NCBI GenBank assembly: GCA_036676495.1
Contig: JAKFCT010000031.1
Span: 23,642-87,641, forward strand
DNA length: 64,000 nt
Reading direction: 5' to 3'
Origin: Candidatus Sericytochromatia bacterium
GTDB lineage: Bacteria > Cyanobacteriota > Sericytochromatia > S15B-MN24 > UBA4093
Positions 1 to 9,609 of the stretch are shown here, one piece after another (the stretch's first letter is position 1; every line of letters begins with the position of its first letter). The translations under genes were made by a program, and so were the position numbers. The notes beneath the pieces are model-generated. The model was given only the letters and a program-made list of their open reading frames with translations, had not been told where the DNA came from and made no database searches.

Positions 1-5
1 AGACC

Positions 6-971
6 ATGGACATCCTTCAGGAAGGCCTCACCGACCCGCGGCTGATCATGGTCAACCGCGAGGTCAAGAACAAGATCATGGAAGGGGTGGGCATGGGAGA
101 GGCCTTCAGTGCCTTCGACCGCTACCTGCCTCCGGTCTTCATCGACCTGATCGCGGTGGGCGAGCTCTCCGGTAACCTCGAGGAGACCTTGAAGCGCCTC
201 GCCGAGTACTTCGAGAAGGAGCTGGAGATCCAGGCCAAGATCAAGAACGCGCTCGCCTATCCGACCATCCTGGTGGTCCTGATCGTGGCGATCGTGATCG
301 GGATGATGCTCTTCATCGTTCCGAGCTTCCTGGACCTCTTCGCGGAGTTCAACCTGACCTTGCCCTGGACGACCAAGACCTTGCTCGCGACCAGCGCCTT
401 CGTCTCCGCCAAGTGGTGGACCCTGCCGCTCTTCGCCGGCGGGTTCTACGTCGCCTGGCGCTGGTTCGTCTCCACGCGCATCGGTTCGGTGATCGTGGAC
501 TTCTTCGAGTACAAGGTGCCCTTGATCGGCAAGCTCAAGTACAAGGTCCTGATCGCGCGGATGCTCCACAACCTCTCACTGATCCTGCGCTGCGGCGTGC
601 CCATCATGGTCGCCCTGGATCAGGTGCGCTCGGGCATCCAGAACCGCAACATCGCCTTGAAGCTGGGCGAGATCCGCACGGGCGTGGCCCAGGGGCTGCG
701 GGTCTCGACGCTGTTTCAGGCCTCGGGGCTGTTTCCGCCGTTCATCGTTCACTTGCTGGTGGCCGGCGAGGAGTCGGGGGCCATCGACGACCTGATGACC
801 AAGGGCGCCAAGTACATGGACGCGGAGGTCGAGCAGGGGGTGAAGTCCATGACGACCGCCATCGAGCCCATCCTCACCGTCATGGTCGCGGGCACCGTCC
901 TCTTCATCCTGGGCAGCCTCTACATGCCGCTCATGGGCCTGATGGGCTCGGGAAGCAAGGTGCCGACATGA
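6..971 (+). CDS. pilC: Type IV pilus/T2SS inner-membrane platform protein (PilC/GspF family), probably 5'-truncated by the window edge
   Basis: Two T2SSF repeats (GELSGNLEETLKRLAEY...ALAYP; GEESGAID...IEP...YMP) with TM segments; stop overlaps the next ATG (ATGA). Confidence 0.93.
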   Translation: MDILQEGLTDPRLIMVNREVKNKIMEGVGMGEAFSAFDRYLPPVFIDLIAVGELSGNLEETLKRLAEYFEKELEIQAKIKNALAYPTILVVLIVAIVIGMMLFIVPSFLDLFAEFNLTLPWTTKTLLATSAFVSAKWWTLPLFAGGFYVAWRWFVSTRIGSVIVDFFEYKVPLIGKLKYKVLIARMLHNLSLILRCGVPIMVALDQVRSGIQNRNIALKLGEIRTGVAQGLRVSTLFQASGLFPPFIVHLLVAGEESGAIDDLMTKGAKYMDAEVEQGVKSMTTAIEPILTVMVAGTVLFILGSLYMPLMGLMGSGSKVPT

Positions 972-1411
972 GGAAGTCCCGCGGGATGTCGCTGCTCGAA
1001 GTCTCCCTGGCCGTTTCGGTGGGCTTGATGCTCACCGTGGGCGGCGCTTACGCGTACCGCCAGCACATGCAGGCCACGCGGATCACCCAGGCTCAGCTGA
1101 TGCTGGAGACCATCAACATGGGGATCGTTCGCTATCACGTCCGCACCGGAAGCTACCCCACCCTCGCCGTCTTGCAGAGCAACAACGATGGGGCGAACCG
1201 GGGCTTCTACGGGCCGGCCGGCTCTCCCTTGCGCGATCCGCTCTACCCACCGATTCTCGAGACGCAGTCCTCGCCGATCAAGGCATGGACCGCGAATGCC
1301 GTCGCTCCCTGGGGGGGATGGCGCTATTACCCGGGCCCCGCCCCGAGCGCCTATGTAAAGCCGAACTTCAACCCCGCGGATTATCCCGGGCACGATCCGA
1401 ACAAGTGGTAG
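968..1411 (+). CDS. Type IV pilin / pseudopilin with class III signal peptide
   Basis: MRKSRG|MSLLEVSLAVSVGLML: basic leader, Gly-1, Glu+5, hydrophobic helix; later G-x-YP motif typical of pilins. Real start is ATG 968 inside track ORF 413..1411. Confidence 0.88.
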   Translation: MRKSRGMSLLEVSLAVSVGLMLTVGGAYAYRQHMQATRITQAQLMLETINMGIVRYHVRTGSYPTLAVLQSNNDGANRGFYGPAGSPLRDPLYPPILETQSSPIKAWTANAVAPWGGWRYYPGPAPSAYVKPNFNPADYPGHDPNKW

Positions 1412-1417
1412 GTGGGA

Positions 1418-3046
1418 ATGGCTTCTAAGAAGGTCAAGCCCTTCGTCGGGCTCTATATCACGGCGGATCGCCTCGAGGCGGCCGTCGTCGGAGGCCGCCC
1501 CGGCGAGCTCGAACTCGAGACGCAGTACCTCTCGGAGCTGCCGCCCGACCTGATCGACGCGGACGGGACCATCCAGGATGTGGCGGCCCTCGGTGCCGAG
1601 CTCAAGCGCTTCTGGAAGGAAGCCGGGCTCAAGAACCGCCGGGTCGTCCTGGTCATCGATTCCCGCAAGGCCCTGCTTCGTCAGATCCGCCTGCCCAAGA
1701 TGCCCATCAGCAGCCTCGATCAGGCCATCCTGAGCGAAGCCGAGCAGTTCGCGCTCTACCGGGATGAAGAGCCCCTGATCGATTACTTCGTCAACGAGCT
1801 GGAGCATGACTTCATCCAGACGACTTACGGGGTGGTCCCCGAGGAGACCGTCGCATCTTATTCCAAGGCCCTGAAGGCCGCAGGCCTGAAGCTCGAGGCA
1901 CTCGACCTCGCTCAGCTCGCGGGTCAGCGGGGCATGGAGTTCTTCCATCCGCTCGACGACGACCACTGGACCGGCGTGATGGTGCAGCCCCAGCGGCTGA
2001 TCATCTCGTGCTGGATGGAGAAGCGGCTCTGGGTGATGCGCGAGATCATCCTGCCGGAGCGCATCTCGCACGACATGGCCATGCTGGCCCAGAGCTACCT
2101 CCCCAACATCTCCCACTCGGTCGCGAGCGACACCAACACCTTCGACGACCCCCACATGGTGCTGGCTTGCGATCGCGTCGAGGATGCGCGCGTGCTGGCC
2201 GATCATGCCCGGAGCCTGCTCGAGGGCCGCATCAGCATTGCCGGCTCGACGGACGATCCCACCGAGGAGCGGAAGTCCGCCTGGGGCTCGACCGTCGACG
2301 ATGCGCTCGACGGTGCCTTCGGCAACGAAGAGGGCTTCACGCTCACCGCCACCCTCCCGCAGGCGGATCCCGACGCCGAGGACGATCTCGACGACGATCT
2401 GGAGGACGACCTCGACGACGAGGGCCCGCAGATCTCGTACATCGCCCTGGGCGCGGCCCTCTGGGGACGGGCGGAAGTCGTGCCCTCGCTCAACCTCCTT
2501 CCCAAGGGCAAGTCCGCGTCCTCGCAAGGTCTTCCCAAGATCGAGCTCGACCTGGACCGCCAGGTGCTCATGGGCCTGGCCGCGGCCCTCGTGGTCGGCG
2601 TCGCGCTCACCGGCTGGCAGTTCTGGCTGAAGAGCGATCGGGAAGCCCAGGTGAAGAGCCTGATGCGCCAGCTCGCCGATGCCAAAGTCCAGATGCAGGG
2701 CAACCAGCAGATGATGGAGACCCAGCCCCCCGAGGGGGAGATCCTCGGCCAGTGGCTGCCGCATCACCAGGAGAACGTCTTCGCGCGCCAGTTCCTCGAA
2801 ACCCTGCGCGAGACCACGCCGTCCGACGCCTGGGTCTCCAAGGTCACGTACACGGCGGGACAGGAAATGGTGATCTCGGGAGGCGCGCTGACCCAGACCT
2901 CCTGCCTTTACTTCGCCGATCAGATTGCGGGACTGGAGAGCGTCCGACAGGTCCGGATCCTCAAGATCTCGAAGGCCGGCTCGGCCTATTCGTTCGAAAT
3001 CCAGGCGGGCCTGGGAATAAAGCTTGCGGGTGAGGCGCTGCCATGA
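1418..3046 (+). CDS. pilM: PilM-like actin-fold protein fused to a PilN-like TM/periplasmic domain
   Basis: N-terminal VGLYI, LPPDLIDADGTIQD..L..LK.FWKEAGLK, ALKAAGLK..ALD, ALGAAL; then PilN signature SLNLLP, a TM helix, a coiled coil and TPSDAWVSKV. Confidence 0.8.
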   Translation: MASKKVKPFVGLYITADRLEAAVVGGRPGELELETQYLSELPPDLIDADGTIQDVAALGAELKRFWKEAGLKNRRVVLVIDSRKALLRQIRLPKMPISSLDQAILSEAEQFALYRDEEPLIDYFVNELEHDFIQTTYGVVPEETVASYSKALKAAGLKLEALDLAQLAGQRGMEFFHPLDDDHWTGVMVQPQRLIISCWMEKRLWVMREIILPERISHDMAMLAQSYLPNISHSVASDTNTFDDPHMVLACDRVEDARVLADHARSLLEGRISIAGSTDDPTEERKSAWGSTVDDALDGAFGNEEGFTLTATLPQADPDAEDDLDDDLEDDLDDEGPQISYIALGAALWGRAEVVPSLNLLPKGKSASSQGLPKIELDLDRQVLMGLAAALVVGVALTGWQFWLKSDREAQVKSLMRQLADAKVQMQGNQQMMETQPPEGEILGQWLPHHQENVFARQFLETLRETTPSDAWVSKVTYTAGQEMVISGGALTQTSCLYFADQIAGLESVRQVRILKISKAGSAYSFEIQAGLGIKLAGEALP

Positions 3047-4164
3047 ACCAGACCGAGAAATTGCTGATCGCCGGGGCCATCCTGCTGGCGCTTGCCGTGC
3101 CCGCGGGGGTTCACCTCCTGGGCGTGAAGGCCGTGGAAGGCGATCTGACGCGCTTGCGCCAGCAGATCGATCTGGCGATGCGCGATCGGGACTCCAGCGA
3201 TCGCCTGCTTTCCTTGCGCCAGCAAGAATGGCAGAAGCTCACGATCGAGATCGACCGCCTGCGCCTCTTCGACCTCCGCAAGGAGGAGCGGTTCGAGACC
3301 GTGATGATCAATCGCTCGAACCTCGGCCTCATCGCGCTCTCCGAGATCTTCGAGAAGAACGGCATCGCCATCGACGCCCTGGAGCCCCAGGAAAGCGGGT
3401 TCCGCCAGGTGCTGATCGCCGAGGCTCCTCAAGCCGGGGTGGTGAGCCGTCGCTACGTGCTCCAGGCCCGGGGCCCCTATCAGAGCCTCTTGAAGGTCTA
3501 TGACGCCCTGAAGACCCTGCCCCCCACCCTGGAGGTCAGCGGTTACGAGGTGGCCTACCTGGATTCCAGCGCCCAGCGGGCCATGGTCTCCTTGAAGCTC
3601 GATCTCGCCTTCAACTACCTGCTGACGCCGGAGCAATTGGCCCAGGCCCAGGCGGCCGAGCAAGCGCCCGCCGCTTCCCCGACTCCTCCGATCAGCTTGA
3701 CTCCCGATCAGGCCTGGAAGGTCGTGCTCAACTGGCTCATGCCTCCGGCGTGGGCGCAGTCGCCCGCCCCAGAAAAGCTTTACACCATCCCCGTCCGCAA
3801 GACTCCCCAGCTGGGCCGTTCGGAGCCCTTCCTGCCGCTGGCGCCCGTGGGAACCGGCTCGGTGGGCGTCCAGGTCCGCTCGAAGCCCAACTTGCAGATC
3901 GCCCTGATCGGCGTCTTGCTCGGGGGCGACGGCCTTCCCGGCGCCCTCGTCAATGCCGCCGGACAGCGGATCCGGGTGCGCCCCGGCAGCGTCTTGCCGA
4001 ACGGCGCCGAGGTGCTGGCCATCGGGGACGGCTACGTCCTCGTGCGGCATTCGGGGGCCATTCACCGGATCGGCTTGACCCGGGATTCGTTGGCTCCGGA
4101 ATCGGAGGCGCAGCCGCCGGCCTTGCCTACGCCCCCGATTCCCCCGTTGCCCAGCGGAGAGTAA
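3043..4164 (+). CDS. PilO-like protein fused to a C-terminal PilP/GspC-like beta domain
   Basis: N-terminal TM, coiled coil, ARGPYQSLLKVYDALKTLP (PilO pattern); C-terminal GRSEPF..., LIGVLLGG..ALV..V+PGSVL (PilP/GspC pattern); position in operon. Confidence 0.65.
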   Translation: MNQTEKLLIAGAILLALAVPAGVHLLGVKAVEGDLTRLRQQIDLAMRDRDSSDRLLSLRQQEWQKLTIEIDRLRLFDLRKEERFETVMINRSNLGLIALSEIFEKNGIAIDALEPQESGFRQVLIAEAPQAGVVSRRYVLQARGPYQSLLKVYDALKTLPPTLEVSGYEVAYLDSSAQRAMVSLKLDLAFNYLLTPEQLAQAQAAEQAPAASPTPPISLTPDQAWKVVLNWLMPPAWAQSPAPEKLYTIPVRKTPQLGRSEPFLPLAPVGTGSVGVQVRSKPNLQIALIGVLLGGDGLPGALVNAAGQRIRVRPGSVLPNGAEVLAIGDGYVLVRHSGAIHRIGLTRDSLAPESEAQPPALPTPPIPPLPSGE

Positions 4165-4168
4165 GCCG

Positions 4169-5950
4169 ATGGAACAAAAAGAACAGGGTCTGATCCCGAC
4201 CAACCAGATCGAGCGCCGCCAGCAACAGGACGGCCCCATCAAGAAGCTCCGCGTCGGCGAGTGGCTCAAGAACCTCGGCTTCATCTCGGAGTTCCAGCTC
4301 TCCGAGGCCTTGACCCTCCAGATGGAGACGGGAAAGAAGCTGGGCGAGATCCTGGTTGCCAAGGGCTACGTCGCCGCCAAGGAGCTCCAGGAGATCCTCA
4401 ACCTTCAAGAGGTGCTCGCCAACAAGTCGACCCTCGCCGACTTCTCGGTCGATGCCGCGATCCTGGCCATGGTCCCCGAGTCCTTCGCCCGCCAGCATTT
4501 CGTCATCCCCCTGGTGAAGGTGGGAAGACGCCTGGTCGTTGGCGTGAACCGCGCGGACGACACCAAGCTCCTCGATCACCTCTCCCTGCTGACGGGCCAC
4601 TTCATGGTGCCCTTGGCTTTCCGCAAGGAAGACCTCGAGGGCGCGCTGACCACCTTCTACGACAGCCGCCACCGCAGCAACTCCAGCGCCATCGAGCGCG
4701 CCATCAAGAGCGGCACCCATGAGACCTCCCAGCCCCAGCGGCAGGTCCAGGAGATCGGGACGGCCGGCAACGCGGACGCTCCCATCATCGAGCTGGTCAA
4801 CGCCATGCTCGCCGAGGCGGTCGAGCGCGGGGTCAGCGACATTCACCTGGAGCCCCGGGAAACCTTCATGGAGGTCCGCTTCCGGATCGACGGCGTCTTG
4901 AGCAAGTACCTCGACGTCCCCAAGGCCATCGAGAACTCCGTCACGACCCGCCTCAAGGTCCTGGGCAACATGAACATCACCGAGAAGCGCCGCCCCCAGG
5001 ACGGCCGCTTCGGGGCCAACTTCGCCAACGGCGAGAAGGTCGACTTCCGCGTCTCGAGCATCTCCACCCACTGGGGCGAGAAGATCGTCCTGCGCCTCCT
5101 GCGGCAGAAGTCCATCGCGCTCGGCATGGATCGCCTGGGCTTCGAAGAGGATCATTCGAAGCTGATCAACCGCCTGCTTCATAGCCCCACCGGCATCATC
5201 CTGGTCACCGGGCCCACGGGCTCCGGTAAGACCACCACGCTCTATGCCGCGCTGCAGAAGTTCGATCGCGAGACCGACAGCATCGTCACCATCGAGGATC
5301 CGGTCGAGTACCCGGTGGAGGGCATCGCCCAGATCGGGATCAACACCAAGATCGACTTGACCTTCGCCGGCGCCCTGCGCACGATCCTGCGCCAGGACCC
5401 CGACGTGATCATGCTGGGAGAAATCCGCGACCACGAGACCCTGGAGACCGCGACGCACGCGGCCATGACGGGTCACCTGGTGCTTTCGACCCTTCACACG
5501 AACGATGCCGTCTCTACCGTGGGGCGCATCGTCGAGATGGGCATCCCCCCGTACATCGTCTCGTCGACGGTGATGGGGGTCATCGCCCAGCGGCTCGTGC
5601 GGCGGCTTTGCCCGAACTGCACCGAGGAGTACGAGGCCAACGCCGAGGATCGAGCGTTCCTGGGGGTTGCTCCCGATCGCCCGCTCACCTTGGCGCGGGG
5701 CAAGGGCTGTGAGGTCTGCAACATGACCGGCTACAAGGGGCAGCTGGGCGTGTACGAGATCCTGATGATGAGCCGGCCGCTGCAGGCGATCGTCAACCGC
5801 GGAGGCTCGAGCATGGAATTGGCCGAAGAGGCCCACAAGGGCGGCTTCCGGACCATGCTCTTCGACGCCAAGCGCAAGATCATTCGTCGCATGACCAACG
5901 TACCCGAGGTGATCCGCGTGCTGGGTTACGGCGGACCTGACGGTTACTAA
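4169..5950 (+). CDS. pilB: Type IV pilus assembly ATPase PilB/GspE with N-terminal MshEN domain
   Basis: Walker A GPTGSGKT, Asp box TIEDPVEY, Walker B LRQDPDVIMLGEIRD, His box GHLVLSTLHTN, tetracysteine CPNC...CEVC, tandem RVGEWL.../KLGEIL... MshEN motifs. Confidence 0.96.
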   Translation: MEQKEQGLIPTNQIERRQQQDGPIKKLRVGEWLKNLGFISEFQLSEALTLQMETGKKLGEILVAKGYVAAKELQEILNLQEVLANKSTLADFSVDAAILAMVPESFARQHFVIPLVKVGRRLVVGVNRADDTKLLDHLSLLTGHFMVPLAFRKEDLEGALTTFYDSRHRSNSSAIERAIKSGTHETSQPQRQVQEIGTAGNADAPIIELVNAMLAEAVERGVSDIHLEPRETFMEVRFRIDGVLSKYLDVPKAIENSVTTRLKVLGNMNITEKRRPQDGRFGANFANGEKVDFRVSSISTHWGEKIVLRLLRQKSIALGMDRLGFEEDHSKLINRLLHSPTGIILVTGPTGSGKTTTLYAALQKFDRETDSIVTIEDPVEYPVEGIAQIGINTKIDLTFAGALRTILRQDPDVIMLGEIRDHETLETATHAAMTGHLVLSTLHTNDAVSTVGRIVEMGIPPYIVSSTVMGVIAQRLVRRLCPNCTEEYEANAEDRAFLGVAPDRPLTLARGKGCEVCNMTGYKGQLGVYEILMMSRPLQAIVNRGGSSMELAEEAHKGGFRTMLFDAKRKIIRRMTNVPEVIRVLGYGGPDGY

Positions 5951-6058
5951 GTTTGCGCCAAATTAATCTCCGTCTGAGGGGTTCATGAGCCGAGCGACGG
6001 GGTATAAGGCTGATAGTCCCTCTTACGCGTGTTCGGTAAGGCGGAAAAGGAGGCCTTG
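5951..6058 (+). promoter_or_regulatory. Conserved promoter/leader of NHL module, copy 1
   Basis: GTTCAT(5981)-N13-GGGTAT(6000), hairpin cttac..gtaag (6022-6040), SD aaggagg; closely similar to 13809-13916. Confidence 0.7.
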
Positions 6059-9000
6059 ATGGCATTCGCACGGATCCATCCGAGACTCTCACGCCTCACG
6101 GCTTTCATCCTGATGGCCGTGCTCTCGATCGCGTTGACGGCCTGTCCGCGGCCCCTCATGCCGCCCATGGGAGCGCCTGGAACCAGCCCTTACACCACCA
6201 ACGAGCCGGATCAGGTTTCCGGCTACGTCGACTTCGGCACCCGCACCGTGCAGGCGAACCTCGACGCCGATATCATGCCCGGCAGCACCATCGCGCTGAT
6301 CGAGGTGGACACGGGCAATACGGTCAGCACGGCGAGGACCGACGAGAACGGCAAGTTCGTTCTCAAGTACTCCAACGGTTTCAAGCCGGTGCCCGGCAAG
6401 CTCTACTACTTCGAGGCCCTGAAGGGGCTTGCTGACGTTACCGGAAAGCCGAACGCGGTGGGATCCGACCTGGTCCGGGTTCGGACCATCGCCAGCTATC
6501 GTCAGGGTGGCTGGGTCAGCCTCACGAGCTCCCGCTTGGGCTTCTACATGCCTATCACCGCCATGACGACGGCGCTTTCGATCGTCGTCAGCTTGCGTTC
6601 CACCACGACCAAACCCATCGATGCGAGCACCCTTTTCGGGAGCGTCTGGCTCGGCCAGACGACCGGCGCGTACCCGGACCGGCTGGTTTTCCCTGATACC
6701 ACCCTGCTTCCCGTCACCCTGGTCCAGCAGACCTACGACCTGGTCATCGATGCCTTCCTGAAGAACCGCGATCCCATGCGCTGGGTCACCTTCGGGGACG
6801 CGGCCTTCGACAAGGTCATGCTGCCGGACGTGCCGTTCACCATCGAGCGCTATGATCCTCCCGAGCAGGTGGCCCAGGCGGAGCTTGCGATCGTGGGGAC
6901 CAACTTCTCTCCGAAGTTGTCCGATCATGAGGTGGTCTTCCGGGCGGTCAACGGGACCACCGCCGTGGCGCAGCTGGTGAGCATCAGCCCGGACCTTTCC
7001 CACCTCACCGTGAAGGTCCCGGCCGAGGCCGTCAGTGGTCCGCTCGTCCTCAGCATCGGGACGGGTGAGAACCGCAAGACCCTGACGGGCCAGACCTTCC
7101 GCTTGGCGACGCGCGACGGCCACTCCGTGGTCGACGCGCTCGGCAACACCTACGTCGTCAATTCGAGCATGGGGACGGTCGCCAAGGTCGGCCCCCTTCC
7201 CGGGGTTGGAAAGAACGGCGTCCGGTCGGTGATCACGGGCCTCGACAAGCCCGGAGCGCTGACCTTCGCGCCCGGCAACTACCGCTACCTTTACGTCGCG
7301 CTCGGCGGCAGCGCCCGCAGGGTCGTCAAGTACGATCTCGAGGCGGCCGATCCTTCCGCTTCCGGGGTGGCGTACAGCACGGGAGTCGGGGTGGCCAACC
7401 CTTCGGGTATCGCCTTCCGGACCGAGACCGGCGCACTCTACCTCACGGACGTGACGGCGGACAAGCTTTACGTGATCACCGCGGCGGGAGCCGCGGTCCA
7501 AGAGGTCACGCTGAACGCGGCCTTGAGCGGCCCGCGCGGCCTCTCGTTCGGTCCGGACCGCCGGCTCTACGTGGCGAATTCGAAAAGCGGGGATGTCGTC
7601 GCGATCACCTTGTCCAGCGCGACCACGGGGACGGTGGCGCCCTATCAGTCGGGCTTGAGCACGCCCTGGGGCGTCGCCTTCGACAACCTCAACGCCTTCT
7701 ACGTCAGCAACAACAAGGGCAACTCGATCTTCAAGCAGCCCGTCGTCTCCCTGCCCGGGGTCACGCCGCTGGTCTATGGCCCCCTGACCTCGTTCGCGAG
7801 CATTCCGAACCCCGGCGGCATCGACGCGGACGCTTCCGGCTACCTCTACGTGGCCGACAACGTCAGTAACGGCATCTACACCGTCAACCCCGACGCGGAG
7901 GCCCGGCAGATCGGGTACGGCATCAGCTACCCCGTGGCCACCTGGGCGGATGCGGACGGCCTCTTCACCCTCACCGACGAGGGGCGCATGCTGCATCTCG
8001 ACGCGCAGCAGAACCTCTCCGTCTACGCCGAGGGCCTTACCGGAACCCGGGGCCTCATGCGGGACAAGCTCAAGAACTTCTACACCGTCAACACCACCCT
8101 CAAGGCCTTGATCATCGTGAGGCCCGACGGCTCGAGCATGCCGGTCACTCCGATGAATGCGCTCAATGGCTACTACCCCGAGCTCTCTATCAACAACGCC
8201 GGCGATCGCTTCTATCTCCGCAAGGCCAGCAGCGATCATCCGTCGATGGGCCAGGTCGACGCCTTCGACCTCAACCTCAACGCCTCCGGCCTTCCCGTTC
8301 TCACCGGCGTGCCGGTCCAGGTCTTCAAATCCCCGCTGCGGAGGTTCATCGCGATCGCCGCGGATCGAACCGCTGCCGACCGGCCGGATCTGAATGCCTA
8401 TCGGGGCCAGTACTACGTGCTGCAAAACAACGAGAACAACGAGCAGGCCATCTTCCGGGTCACCATGGTGAACTCCCAGACCTACGACACGGTTCGCCTG
8501 GTCGCCGGGGGGAGACTCAAGGAGCCCGTCGATATCGCGGTCGCCGAGGACGGCAAGATCTGGGTTGCCGACCGTCAAGGGTTCGACGGCGACGGCGGCC
8601 TGATCATCTACAACCCCGACGGCACGTTCCATGACGAGATCCAAACCATCACGGATCCCCAGCGCCTTGCCTATGACCCGATCGCCAAGCGGATTGCCGC
8701 GAGCTGCTACGCCGCGAACGAAATCCACTTCTACAATGCGGCCAAGACCCGGGTGCAGCTCTTGCGGGGGATCGCGCTCCCGGTGGGGGCGGCCTTCTCC
8801 GACACCGCTCCGCATACGAAGGCGCTCTTCGTCAACTCCCACAGCACGGGACAGGTCTATCGCTTCCTGAATTACACGGCCCTCGGGAACAAGACCTTCA
8901 CCGCGGGAGAACTGTCGGCCGCCGAGTATTACTACACCGGCGCCAACAACGATATCGAGCTGCTGGGCAACGAGCTGCTGTATACGCACGGATCGGCCAT

Positions 9001-9598
9001 CGGGAACGTGAAGACCGATCGCATCACGGTCAAAGAGAACTGGCAGAACCATTATTCCGGCATGCTTCGCCTCAACCGCAATCATGACGAGGGGTTGATC
9101 TCGGTTACCGACTACTCATGGGCTCATCTTCCCCATAACGGCAGCCACCAGGCTTCCTTCTCGGGGCTGCGCGCCGGCAGCAACTCCGGCAAGGGAGCGC
9201 CGATCGTGCTGAATGGCTCCATGGTCTCGTACTCGCACATCGGTTATCGGGAGTACGCCATCATCGTCGACTCCGACTTCGACGGCAAGAATCAGCGCAG
9301 CTACCGTCCGGACTGGTACCTGGGAGCCGCGACGAGCAATGGCACGGATACCGCCTTCTTCGCCCATACCTACGGCGGCTCCATTCTCCAGTGGAAGGTG
9401 GATCCCGTGACCAAGAAAGGCGCTCCGTCCACGGTCGTGAGCGGCGGCTACAGCGGTTTCGACTTCACGCATGGGCTTGCCTACTATGACGGCTACCTTT
9501 ACCAGCCCATTCGTGAAAAGCACGTGGTTCGCAAGGTGAACGTGGCGGCGAAGACCGCCGCGGAACTCAAGGTGGGCGTGGTCGCCCCGGAACTCTAG
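6059..9598 (+). CDS. Large lipoprotein A1: N-terminal Ig/carboxypeptidase-regulatory-like domain, IPT/TIG domain, NHL beta-propeller repeats
   Basis: Lipobox IALTA|C; repeated P.GIAF/PRGL.F/PWGVAF/LYVAN NHL motifs; SD aaggagg before ATG 6059; C-terminus GVVAPEL. Confidence 0.85.
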   Translation: MAFARIHPRLSRLTAFILMAVLSIALTACPRPLMPPMGAPGTSPYTTNEPDQVSGYVDFGTRTVQANLDADIMPGSTIALIEVDTGNTVSTARTDENGKFVLKYSNGFKPVPGKLYYFEALKGLADVTGKPNAVGSDLVRVRTIASYRQGGWVSLTSSRLGFYMPITAMTTALSIVVSLRSTTTKPIDASTLFGSVWLGQTTGAYPDRLVFPDTTLLPVTLVQQTYDLVIDAFLKNRDPMRWVTFGDAAFDKVMLPDVPFTIERYDPPEQVAQAELAIVGTNFSPKLSDHEVVFRAVNGTTAVAQLVSISPDLSHLTVKVPAEAVSGPLVLSIGTGENRKTLTGQTFRLATRDGHSVVDALGNTYVVNSSMGTVAKVGPLPGVGKNGVRSVITGLDKPGALTFAPGNYRYLYVALGGSARRVVKYDLEAADPSASGVAYSTGVGVANPSGIAFRTETGALYLTDVTADKLYVITAAGAAVQEVTLNAALSGPRGLSFGPDRRLYVANSKSGDVVAITLSSATTGTVAPYQSGLSTPWGVAFDNLNAFYVSNNKGNSIFKQPVVSLPGVTPLVYGPLTSFASIPNPGGIDADASGYLYVADNVSNGIYTVNPDAEARQIGYGISYPVATWADADGLFTLTDEGRMLHLDAQQNLSVYAEGLTGTRGLMRDKLKNFYTVNTTLKALIIVRPDGSSMPVTPMNALNGYYPELSINNAGDRFYLRKASSDHPSMGQVDAFDLNLNASGLPVLTGVPVQVFKSPLRRFIAIAADRTAADRPDLNAYRGQYYVLQNNENNEQAIFRVTMVNSQTYDTVRLVAGGRLKEPVDIAVAEDGKIWVADRQGFDGDGGLIIYNPDGTFHDEIQTITDPQRLAYDPIAKRIAASCYAANEIHFYNAAKTRVQLLRGIALPVGAAFSDTAPHTKALFVNSHSTGQVYRFLNYTALGNKTFTAGELSAAEYYYTGANNDIELLGNELLYTHGSAIGNVKTDRITVKENWQNHYSGMLRLNRNHDEGLISVTDYSWAHLPHNGSHQASFSGLRAGSNSGKGAPIVLNGSMVSYSHIGYREYAIIVDSDFDGKNQRSYRPDWYLGAATSNGTDTAFFAHTYGGSILQWKVDPVTKKGAPSTVVSGGYSGFDFTHGLAYYDGYLYQPIREKHVVRKVNVAAKTAAELKVGVVAPEL

Positions 9599-9609
9599 AG
9601 GAGCTGACG

